A stretch of DNA of 64,000 nt from a virus. This document shows positions 45,095-53,897 of this stretch, piece by piece. The notes below the pieces were generated by a model that made no database searches, was not told the origin of the DNA, and worked only from the letters and a program-made list of their open reading frames with translations. The translations under genes were made by a program, and so were the position numbers. Positions within the stretch are counted from its first letter, which is position 1; each line of letters opens with the position of its first letter. Where the stretch lies: IMG/VR virus record IMGVR_UViG_3300025138_000013; one strand, written 5' to 3'.

Positions 45095-47985
45095 TGGCAG
45101 GAGAAAAGAATTTTATACTGAAGAACGGTTTATCCGTAGGAACAAATGATGTTCTAGATAGTTCGGGTGACTTAGTAGCAGGTGCATTTGGTACTGCAGC
45201 TATAGAGGTCATCGATGACCACGTTGCAAATACCTTACTAACAGCAGGTGCAGGCATTGGGCTTGCATATGATGACTCTGCTGGAACACTTACAATCACA
45301 GGACAAGTTGGTGATATTACAGGAGTTAACGCAGGACTTGGTTTAACTGGTACTGCAACTAGTGGAGATGCAACATTAAACATTGGTGCTGGTACAGGTA
45401 TTACTGTAAATGCAGATGACATTGCAATCAACTTTAAAGACGAAGATAATATGGCATCAGATAGTGCCGTACATGCAGCTACTCAACAATCAATTAAAGC
45501 ATATGTTGACACTCAAGTTGCAACAGTTCCAGTTGGAGACATAACAAGTGTTGTTGCTGGAGCAGGTTTAACAGGTGGTGGAACAAGTGGTGATGTAACA
45601 GTAAATGCTATTGCTGGAACAGGTATCACAGTTAATGCAGATAGTATTGAAGCTGATATGACTGCAATTAGAGCAAGTATCGATGGTGCAGACCTTGATA
45701 TGAGTGGTAACAAAGTATTATTTGGTAACATGTATGCTCAAGAAGCAGACTTACCAAGTGCAAGTACATATCATGGTATGTTTGCACATGTACATGGAAC
45801 AGGAGCAGGTTATTTTGCTCATGCTGGTGCATGGAAAAAATTACTAGATGAGTCTAGTTCAACAACTGCAAACTTAACAGAAAACACAAACCTGTATTAT
45901 ACAGATGCAAGAGCAGATGCAAGGATTACAAATGCACTTATAGATGAAGACGATTTCTCATCCAATAGTGCTACTAAGATTCCTTCACAACAATCTACAA
46001 AAGCATATATTGCTACACAGATTGCAACTAAAGATAATTCAGACGAAATTACAGAAGGTTCAAGTAACCTTTATCACACCACTGCAAGAGCAAGAGCATC
46101 TATAAGTGCTGGTGGTGACTTAGCATACAACAGTACAACTGGTGTAATGAGTTTCACAAACGATGCTGGAGATATTTCTTCAGTAGTTGCTGGTAACGGT
46201 TTAACTGGTGGTGCAACTACTGGTGACGCAACCTTGACGGTTGGTGCTGGTACAGGTATTACAGTTAACTCAACTAACGTTGCAGTTAATATGGGTGCAT
46301 TTGATTCAGATGACTTAAACGAAGGCTCAACTAATCTATATCACACTACAGAAAGAGTTCAAGATATTGCTGGAGCAATGTTCAGTTCAAATACTGAAAC
46401 AGGTATTGCAGTAACATATGACGATGCAGACGGAACAATAGACCTTGCAGTAGACGCAGAATTTATTTCAGATACAGTTGGTAACATGGTCACTTCTAAT
46501 ACAGAAAGTGGTCTTACAGTTACGTATCAAGATGCAGATAACACTTTAGACTTTGCAGTCGGAACACTTAACCAAGATACAACAGGATTAGCAGGAACTG
46601 CTACAGCACTTGCAAGTGCAAGAACTATCTCGGGTGTTTCATTTGACGGTACAGCAAACATCACACTAAACACTGGTGGAATCACAGAGAGTGGTAACCT
46701 TTACTTTACAAACGAAAGAGTGGATGACAGAGTTAATGCATTAATTGTTGGCGGAACAAACATAACTGCAACATACGATGATTCAGCTGGAACACTTACA
46801 ATTGACGGTAACGCAGCGGACATCACAGGTGTTACAGCTGGAGACGGTTTATCGGGTGGTGGTTCAAGTGGTACAGTTACTTTAAACCTAGATGCTTCAG
46901 TAGCAGGTGACGGTCTTGCACATTCAAGTGGTGTTCTATCAGTCGGAGTAGACGATAGTTCAATCGAAACAAATTCAGATGCATTAAGAGTTAAAGCACT
47001 TGGTGTTACTAATGCCATGTTAGCAGGTTCAATTGCAAACAGTAAACTTGCAAATGACAGTGTAACAATTAACTCACAGTCAGTAGACTTAGGTGCTTCA
47101 GTTACTTTAAACACATCTCACATTGGTGAGAGTGGTAACTTATACTTCACAGATGAAAGAGTTGACGATAGAGTTAACGCTTTAATTACTGCTGGTGTAA
47201 ACGTTGCAACAACATACGATGATTCAGCTGGAACACTAGAAATTAGAGTACCTTACGAAAACATTCAAGACACAGTTGGAACTCAATTTGCTACAAACGG
47301 TTCACACACAAACATAACTGCAACATACGATGATGCTGGTGACGGTGCAATTGACCTTTCAATTACAGATGCAACAATCAGAGCAAAACACTCTGCAGTT
47401 TCAAACGGAATTGGTGGACTAGCATATAGTACTTCGACAGGTGCATATACTTACACAGGGCCTTCTGCAACAGAAGTAAGAGCTCAACTAAGTGGTGGTA
47501 CTGGTGTTGCATACAGTGGTGGTGAATTCAGTATTGGACAGGCAGTTGCAACAACTAGTGATGTTACCTTTGCAGACGTATCTGCAAGTGGTAACCTTGT
47601 AGTTACAGGTAACTTGACAGTTAACGGTTCAACAGTAACAAATAGTTCAACTAACACAACAATCGAAGATTCATTGATTGAGTTAGGAAGTGGAACAACT
47701 GGTTCTCCATCGGGTGACGCAGGTATTGTCATTGAAAGAGGTGATGAAAGTAACGTGTTTATGGGTTGGGACGACAGTGCATCAAGTTTTGCATTCGGAA
47801 CAACTACTGCAACAGGTTCTTCAACTGGTGCATTAACAGTGACACCAGCAGCGGTATCTACAGGTGCATTGACAATAACAAATGCATCCAACAGTGGTGG
47901 AACTGCAAGAAATGTTTACCAATCAACATCGGCTCCAACAGGTGGGCAAGGTGCAGTTGGTGATATGTGGATTCTTTACTCCTAA
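45094..47985 (+). CDS. tail fibre protein 2 (long)
   Basis: GDIT.V.AG.GL.GG and EG..NLY.T..R repeats; C-terminal AP..(x6)GDMWI. Confidence 0.8.
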   Translation: MAGEKNFILKNGLSVGTNDVLDSSGDLVAGAFGTAAIEVIDDHVANTLLTAGAGIGLAYDDSAGTLTITGQVGDITGVNAGLGLTGTATSGDATLNIGAGTGITVNADDIAINFKDEDNMASDSAVHAATQQSIKAYVDTQVATVPVGDITSVVAGAGLTGGGTSGDVTVNAIAGTGITVNADSIEADMTAIRASIDGADLDMSGNKVLFGNMYAQEADLPSASTYHGMFAHVHGTGAGYFAHAGAWKKLLDESSSTTANLTENTNLYYTDARADARITNALIDEDDFSSNSATKIPSQQSTKAYIATQIATKDNSDEITEGSSNLYHTTARARASISAGGDLAYNSTTGVMSFTNDAGDISSVVAGNGLTGGATTGDATLTVGAGTGITVNSTNVAVNMGAFDSDDLNEGSTNLYHTTERVQDIAGAMFSSNTETGIAVTYDDADGTIDLAVDAEFISDTVGNMVTSNTESGLTVTYQDADNTLDFAVGTLNQDTTGLAGTATALASARTISGVSFDGTANITLNTGGITESGNLYFTNERVDDRVNALIVGGTNITATYDDSAGTLTIDGNAADITGVTAGDGLSGGGSSGTVTLNLDASVAGDGLAHSSGVLSVGVDDSSIETNSDALRVKALGVTNAMLAGSIANSKLANDSVTINSQSVDLGASVTLNTSHIGESGNLYFTDERVDDRVNALITAGVNVATTYDDSAGTLEIRVPYENIQDTVGTQFATNGSHTNITATYDDAGDGAIDLSITDATIRAKHSAVSNGIGGLAYSTSTGAYTYTGPSATEVRAQLSGGTGVAYSGGEFSIGQAVATTSDVTFADVSASGNLVVTGNLTVNGSTVTNSSTNTTIEDSLIELGSGTTGSPSGDAGIVIERGDESNVFMGWDDSASSFAFGTTTATGSSTGALTVTPAAVSTGALTITNASNSGGTARNVYQSTSAPTGGQGAVGDMWILYS

Positions 47986-48036
47986 TACAGGGGTTTAGAA
48001 TTCTAATAAATAACAGTATTATTAATGGATAACTAA

Positions 48037-49527
48037 ATGGCAACAGGTTCACAAAAGGTCAAAACACCAGCAGGTTGGAATTCAACTCAAGGTGCATGGG
48101 TAAAAACAGCTAGTTCCACATGGAAAGCAGTTGACCAAATCTATATTAAAACTCCTACAGGATGGAATAATGCGTCAGGGCAGACTGCAACTCAAGTTCC
48201 TTACCCATACATTGCAAATGGACAAGAACCCAATATAAGAAACAAACAGAATCCGTATCCTTATATTGCAAATGCACAAGAGCCTAACATAAGGAACAAA
48301 CAGAATCCTTATCCATACATTGCAAATGCACAAGAACCTAATATAAGAAGCCAACAACAACCGTATCCTTATATAGCACAAGCAAGACAACCTAGTACAT
48401 ACCAACATAGAAGTCCATTTACATATAGTAATGTTGGTCAACAACCTACTACTTATCAACATAGGTCACCGTTCACTTATAGGAATCCTGTAAATGCACA
48501 AGAGCCTAATATAAGGAATGCACAAACACCGTTCACTTACAGAAATCCAGTGAATGGACAAGAACCTAATATTAGAGATGCAAGACAGCCTGCAACTTAT
48601 CAACATAGGTCTCCTTTAACATACTCACATAGGTCACCATTTACCTATCAACATAGGTCTCCATTCACATATAGAAATCCAGTGAATGCACAAGAACCTA
48701 ATATTAGAAATGCAAGACAACCTTCTACGTATCAACATAGGTCACCGTTAACATATAGTCATAGAAGTCCTTTAACGTATACTCATAGGTCACCATTTAC
48801 ATATAGAAGTCCTGTATCTGCACAAGAGCCTAACATAAGAGAAGCAAGACAACCTTCTACGTATCAACATAGAAGTCCTTTAACATATAGTCATAGGTCA
48901 CCGTCTATTTACCAACATAGGTCACCATTTACATATAGAAGTCCTGTATCTGCACAAGAACCTAATATTCGTTCTGCACAACAACCGTATCCTTATATTG
49001 CAGCTGCACAACAACCTAATATTCGTGCTGCACAACAACCTACTATTAAGAACCAACAGGAACCTAATATTAGAAATAATCAGGCACCATTTACGTACAA
49101 TCATAGGTCACCGTTCACTTATAGGAATCCTGTATCTGCACAACAACCTAATATTCGTTCTGCACAAGAACCTAATATTAGAAGTTCACAAACACCATTT
49201 ACATATAGTGCAAGGTATCCAGCGAATGCACAGCAACCTTTTACATTCCAAGCACCATTTACGTACAGGAACCCTACTAACGCAAGGCAACCTAACAGTG
49301 CAAGGAACCCATTCACATATAGACAACCTTATATAGCGAATGGAAGACAACCAAATAGTGCAAGGAACCCATTCACATATAGAGTACCGTACATTGCAAA
49401 CGCAAGAACTGGAACACCCGCTAGGTCACCAAGTATTGCACAACAACCCTCAACGTACCAGCACAGAAGTCCATTTACATACTACTTTGCTTACGGTGGC
49501 GGAGGGCAGAATTTTTATGAACCATAA
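48037..49527 (+). CDS. repeat filament protein C
   Basis: N-terminal triple (V/I)KTxxxW motif, then more than 54 Pro-delimited modules that mirror ORF 49579. Confidence 0.8.
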   Translation: MATGSQKVKTPAGWNSTQGAWVKTASSTWKAVDQIYIKTPTGWNNASGQTATQVPYPYIANGQEPNIRNKQNPYPYIANAQEPNIRNKQNPYPYIANAQEPNIRSQQQPYPYIAQARQPSTYQHRSPFTYSNVGQQPTTYQHRSPFTYRNPVNAQEPNIRNAQTPFTYRNPVNGQEPNIRDARQPATYQHRSPLTYSHRSPFTYQHRSPFTYRNPVNAQEPNIRNARQPSTYQHRSPLTYSHRSPLTYTHRSPFTYRSPVSAQEPNIREARQPSTYQHRSPLTYSHRSPSIYQHRSPFTYRSPVSAQEPNIRSAQQPYPYIAAAQQPNIRAAQQPTIKNQQEPNIRNNQAPFTYNHRSPFTYRNPVSAQQPNIRSAQEPNIRSSQTPFTYSARYPANAQQPFTFQAPFTYRNPTNARQPNSARNPFTYRQPYIANGRQPNSARNPFTYRVPYIANARTGTPARSPSIAQQPSTYQHRSPFTYYFAYGGGGQNFYEP

Positions 49528-49578
49528 GCTGATGATACATATGAATAGTAATATAAAATTTAACAGGAATAATCTAAG

Positions 49579-50937
49579 ATGCCTATAGGTAATAGACAGC
49601 AACCCGCTAGCAGATTTGCTCAAACATCTGTCAATGTACAGACGCCTTCGATTGTGCAACAACCGTTTACATATAGTGCAAGATATCCAGCGAATGCACA
49701 GCAACCTTTTACATTCCAAGCACCATTTACGTATAATGCTAGATATCCAGCGAATGCACAACAACCGTTCACATTCCAAGCACCATTTACGTATAGGAAC
49801 CCTACTAACGCAAGACAACCAAATAGTGCAAGGAACCCATTTACATATAGACAACCGTACATTGCAAATGCAAGGCAACCTAATTCATACCAACATAGGT
49901 CACCATTTACGTACAGTTATGGGTCTCCATTTACATATAGGGTTCCTGTATCTGCACAAGAACCTAATATTCGTTCTGCAAGACAACCGAGTTCATATCA
50001 ACATAGAAGTCCTTTGACGTATTCACACAGGTCACCGTTTACGTATAGTCATAGGTCACCATTTACGTATGCTAGGCAAGGTCAAACACCGTTTACTTAT
50101 AATCATAGGTCACCATTCACTTACAGAAATCCAGTAAATGCACAAGAACCTAATATTAGAAGCAATCAGCAACCTAACATTAGAAGTCAACAAGAACCTA
50201 ATATTAGAAATGCACAAGCAGCGTTTACATATAACCATAGAAGTCCGTTCACTTATAGGAATCCTGTATCTGCACAAGAGCCTAATATTAGAAACCAACA
50301 AGAACCTAATATAAGAAATCAGCAAGAACCTAATATTAGAAACAATCAAGCACCATTTACGTACAATCATAGGTCACCGTCTACTTATCAGAATCCTAGT
50401 AATGCACAGGAACCTAATATTCGTTCTGCACAACAACCTAATATTAGAAGTCAACAAGAGCCTAATATTAGAAACAATCAGACACCGTTTACGTATAGTC
50501 ATAGGTCACCGTTTACTTATCAGAATCCTAGTAATGCACGTCAACCTTCTACGTATCAACATAGGTCGCCGTTCACTTATAGGAATCCTGTAAATGCACA
50601 AGAGCCTAATATTAGAAACAGAGATACTACATTCCCTTACATCGCAGTAGCCCAAGAACCTAATATAAGGAATGCACAAACACCGTTCACATATCAAAGA
50701 ACTGGTCAGTCACCTGTAATATATTCTCACAGGTCACCATTTACGTATGCTAGACAAGGTCAAACACCAACGACTTATAACCATAGAAGTCCGTTCACGT
50801 ATCAAAGAACTGGTCAAACACCAACGACTTATCAACATAGAAGTCCGTTTACATATAATAGAACTGGTCAAACGCCTGAAGCAAGATGGGATGGAGTGGT
50901 ATCACAACAGTGGCCTGCAACACCAATTACGTCATAG
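49579..50937 (+). CDS. repeat filament protein D (partner of C)
   Basis: Module string is the reverse complement of C. Confidence 0.8.
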   Translation: MPIGNRQQPASRFAQTSVNVQTPSIVQQPFTYSARYPANAQQPFTFQAPFTYNARYPANAQQPFTFQAPFTYRNPTNARQPNSARNPFTYRQPYIANARQPNSYQHRSPFTYSYGSPFTYRVPVSAQEPNIRSARQPSSYQHRSPLTYSHRSPFTYSHRSPFTYARQGQTPFTYNHRSPFTYRNPVNAQEPNIRSNQQPNIRSQQEPNIRNAQAAFTYNHRSPFTYRNPVSAQEPNIRNQQEPNIRNQQEPNIRNNQAPFTYNHRSPSTYQNPSNAQEPNIRSAQQPNIRSQQEPNIRNNQTPFTYSHRSPFTYQNPSNARQPSTYQHRSPFTYRNPVNAQEPNIRNRDTTFPYIAVAQEPNIRNAQTPFTYQRTGQSPVIYSHRSPFTYARQGQTPTTYNHRSPFTYQRTGQTPTTYQHRSPFTYNRTGQTPEARWDGVVSQQWPATPITS

Positions 50938-50960
50938 GAACCTACCCGACAGTGAACAAA

Positions 50961-50986
50961 GACCCCTCGAAAGAGGGGTTTTTTTT
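50961..50986 (+). terminator. rho-independent terminator
   Basis: GACCCCTC-GAAA-GAGGGGTT followed by a T tract. Confidence 0.9.
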
Positions 50987-51023
50987 ATCTTACTAAATAT
51001 AGGACAGATATTATGGAGACATC

Positions 51024-52601
51024 ATGCAGAAAATTGAAACCCTAGAACAAGCAAAAGAATTAATAAAACCTTACGACCCTAAGATAACCTCACAAGAGAG
51101 ACAGGCCATAGGCAATTTTCATCTAGGTGCATTTAATATAGAACCAGGCTATTCAAAAACCTCAGAAAGTTATAAAATACTTGAATGGATGTTTGAAGAA
51201 ATTTTACCACCAGTAAAGATTGCAAAGTGGAAAGACTTTGAATATCTAAGAAAGGAAAATAGATTTGGTGGGTTCAATGGGTTAAGAAATGAGTCAGTAA
51301 CATATCATAAATTTTTACCAGTCGGTTATGCAGAGAAACCTAGAAAACCTATTCCAGGCGTAGCAGGTATGGACATGAAAGATTCCGATGGATATGTTAA
51401 TATAGATACATTAATTGATTGGGACTCAGTTGAAAACAGAGACGAACATGCAGAAGGGTCACTATTGTCTATGTACTATCACGGTGCAAAAGCACATTGG
51501 TTAATTCAAAGTATTCAAGAGGAAGGTTTAAGAGCTCCTATTCAAGGGTATGTTGTAGATAATGGTTCCAGTGGTATGAGTACTGAATCTAGTTACACAT
51601 TTAGAATACACCCAGGCTCTATTCGTTCGGGTGTCTTTGAAGAGATGCAAGATAATGATATGGAAATTATGGTAATAGATAATTTTGATGTTGTGAAAGT
51701 GGAACCATCAAGCCTTGACAGCGTATTACAGATGTGGTATAATAAGTTACAAAGACTTAATAAACCATTTCATTGTTCATTTACATATGTAGATGGTTGT
51801 ATTGAATACAATACTGCATTAATGGACTTAGATTTTAGAGATGAAGTACATGCATTTAACAAACAAGTTTATGAACTTGCAAAAGGTAAACCTCTAACAA
51901 TCTATATCGGACATGATAGTAGACATGGAGATTTGTCTAAGCTTTCTAAGTTTGCAATCCTAGAAAGTATTAAAAGCGGATTTGGTAATGGATGGATGCA
52001 TGACCAAATCAGATGGCAACCCGAAGTTAAAATACTTGACATTGCTGAGATTCCCGAGTATACTAGAGAATATGCAAATCAAAGTACTGAATTTACATAC
52101 AGTAGATTCTTAATACCTTATCTAGAGAACTATGAAGGATTTAGTATCTTTATTGATGACGATTTCATCTTTAAGAAAAGTATATTACCTATGTTTTATT
52201 ACTTAAACCCTAATGATGCTGTTGCATGTATACAATATCCACAATACAAACATGATGAAACAAAGTTTGATGGTGAAGTTAATATAGATTACCCTAAGAA
52301 GCTTTGGTCTAGTATGATGGTATTCAATAATGGACATGAAGACTGTAAGAAGCTAACACCCGAAGTTGTTAACACTTGGACAGGAAAACAGCTACATCAA
52401 TTTGAGTGGACAGATAAAATCTCTAAAATACCCGAACATTATATCTTTGTAGAAGGATATGATAACCATGAAGAAAAGTACAACTACAGTGGTATACATT
52501 ATACACGTGGTGGCCCATGGGTAAAAGGGATGGATTATTCAACCATAAATAATCTTGAAGACTTTTTAAAAGTGAAAAGAACATTGCCAATTGGCGATTA
52601 G
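51024..52601 (+). CDS. fusion of a ParB/Srx-like N-terminal domain and a GT-A glycosyltransferase
   Basis: C-half IYIGHDSR, STEFTYSRFLIPYL, FIDDDF, YPKKLWSS, LHQFEW, IHYTRGGPW; N-half KAHWLI..RIHPGSIR. Confidence 0.75.
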   Translation: MQKIETLEQAKELIKPYDPKITSQERQAIGNFHLGAFNIEPGYSKTSESYKILEWMFEEILPPVKIAKWKDFEYLRKENRFGGFNGLRNESVTYHKFLPVGYAEKPRKPIPGVAGMDMKDSDGYVNIDTLIDWDSVENRDEHAEGSLLSMYYHGAKAHWLIQSIQEEGLRAPIQGYVVDNGSSGMSTESSYTFRIHPGSIRSGVFEEMQDNDMEIMVIDNFDVVKVEPSSLDSVLQMWYNKLQRLNKPFHCSFTYVDGCIEYNTALMDLDFRDEVHAFNKQVYELAKGKPLTIYIGHDSRHGDLSKLSKFAILESIKSGFGNGWMHDQIRWQPEVKILDIAEIPEYTREYANQSTEFTYSRFLIPYLENYEGFSIFIDDDFIFKKSILPMFYYLNPNDAVACIQYPQYKHDETKFDGEVNIDYPKKLWSSMMVFNNGHEDCKKLTPEVVNTWTGKQLHQFEWTDKISKIPEHYIFVEGYDNHEEKYNYSGIHYTRGGPWVKGMDYSTINNLEDFLKVKRTLPIGD

Positions 52602-52612
52602 TATGATATAAT
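52584..52612 (+). promoter_or_regulatory. sigma70-type promoter
   Basis: TTGCCA-17 nt-TATAAT upstream of ORF 52632. Confidence 0.6.
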
Positions 52613-52631
52613 ATTACCGAGGAACTAAATT

Positions 52632-53189
52632 ATGAACGCATTTATATACGACAGTGAGGGAACTTTATTCATCCGTAAACCAAACGGACTTGAATACAAT
52701 TACGATTCTGTAGACAAACCAGCTTTTGATTTCGATTTTGATGTTATCATTTATGATGATATAGAAGTTAAAATATTAAACTACGAAGATGGTCTAGACT
52801 TTGACCGTCAACAAAAAACTGCACTTACAAAAGAAGAGTGTGAAATGATTGAACAATATATTGAGAATAGTGAACCGCCTATAGGTCACAGTCTTAATGC
52901 ACAATACATAAACAATCTTTATAGAACAACTAAAGAATTCATCGACCAAGAATGTCAACAATATAACTTTGATAGTTTATCTGAAGTTACATATGCTGGT
53001 AGGGAAGGTTCAAATCATCCACATAGAAATAATGCTCGAAGAGCAATGGAGTTTGCAGATGCAGTTAATTCTGTTCTAGACCAACTAGTTCAAGAAATCC
53101 AATCTACTAGAGAAGACTTCTTAAAGGAATATGATTCTTATGAGAGTGAATTACCTAGTCCATATACGCCAGAAGATACTAGGCCATAG
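52632..53189 (+). CDS. acidic protein resembling tail fibre assembly chaperones
   Basis: FID.ECQQYNFDSL.E..YA......A......D.V...ELP pattern. Confidence 0.45.
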   Translation: MNAFIYDSEGTLFIRKPNGLEYNYDSVDKPAFDFDFDVIIYDDIEVKILNYEDGLDFDRQQKTALTKEECEMIEQYIENSEPPIGHSLNAQYINNLYRTTKEFIDQECQQYNFDSLSEVTYAGREGSNHPHRNNARRAMEFADAVNSVLDQLVQEIQSTREDFLKEYDSYESELPSPYTPEDTRP

Positions 53190-53192
53190 TCA

Positions 53193-53897
53193 ATGGATTT
53201 AAACGTTGAGTTAGAGTTCATCAAAGAACCTTTCCATATCAAAGATATGCCTTTGAAAAAAGTATACGTTTTAGACGATTACTTATCTACAACAATGCAT
53301 CATTGTATTGATGATAAAATAACTAGAAATGCTTTTTGGGGAAAAAGTAATCAAGTAAACTCAAACAGTCCTACAGGATTACCTCATCATAGTTTTTGGG
53401 GAGCAGGTTTCTTCAGAGGCCATGACCAAGAAATAGAACATGATATGGAACCCAAAAAAACATATCTTATGAGATGGTTTAATAGAAAGTTACAAACCGA
53501 CTTTGGATTTATGTGGGAGAGATTTCAATACTTTGGTTTGAATTCTCAGACTCAAGGACTAGAGGGAACAACACATGCAGATTGTGAACCTCAAGATGAT
53601 TGGAATCTTTCATTTTTATATTATCCAAATAAATTTTGGAATGATTCTTGGGGGGGTTCTTTAAGAATGTATGATAAAATGCAACAAGGAATACACGGAA
53701 GAGCAGACCATATTAAAAATCATCAAGTTGCAGAAGTGTATTTTAAACCTAATAGATTATTAATATTTGATGGAAGAATACCACATGGTGCAGACGCACC
53801 CAAACCAGCTGCAAAGTATATGGATAGACGTTCTTTGGTTATAAGAGGGGACGAAATTAGTCTAAGGACTTTATGGGGTGAAGATGCCTACGATTGA
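53193..53897 (+). CDS. 2OG-Fe(II) oxygenase (prolyl hydroxylase-like)
   Basis: HAD (HxD), LYYPN..W...WGGSL, FKPNRLLIFDGRIPH, R. Confidence 0.8.
   Translation: MDLNVELEFIKEPFHIKDMPLKKVYVLDDYLSTTMHHCIDDKITRNAFWGKSNQVNSNSPTGLPHHSFWGAGFFRGHDQEIEHDMEPKKTYLMRWFNRKLQTDFGFMWERFQYFGLNSQTQGLEGTTHADCEPQDDWNLSFLYYPNKFWNDSWGGSLRMYDKMQQGIHGRADHIKNHQVAEVYFKPNRLLIFDGRIPHGADAPKPAAKYMDRRSLVIRGDEISLRTLWGEDAYD

Noticed and set aside
48037-50937. Complementarity of the repeat proteins arising from DNA inverted repeats or sense-antisense coding
   Set aside because: Both genes are on the + strand, and the reverse complement of NIR-module DNA does not encode TYxHRSP modules; the antisense ORFs are C/L/I/R-rich shadows. 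The symmetry exists only at the peptide level.
37323-50937. CRISPR array or DGR template/variable repeats
   Set aside because: The repeats are in-frame coding units that vary mainly at third codon positions, with no unique spacers, no cas or reverse transcriptase gene, and no adenine-specific variation.
37323-50937. RiPP-like polyprotein precursors cut into short peptides
   Set aside because: No leader or protease is evident. Long-range mirrored order between two genes would serve no purpose if the modules were excised, and the context is structural.
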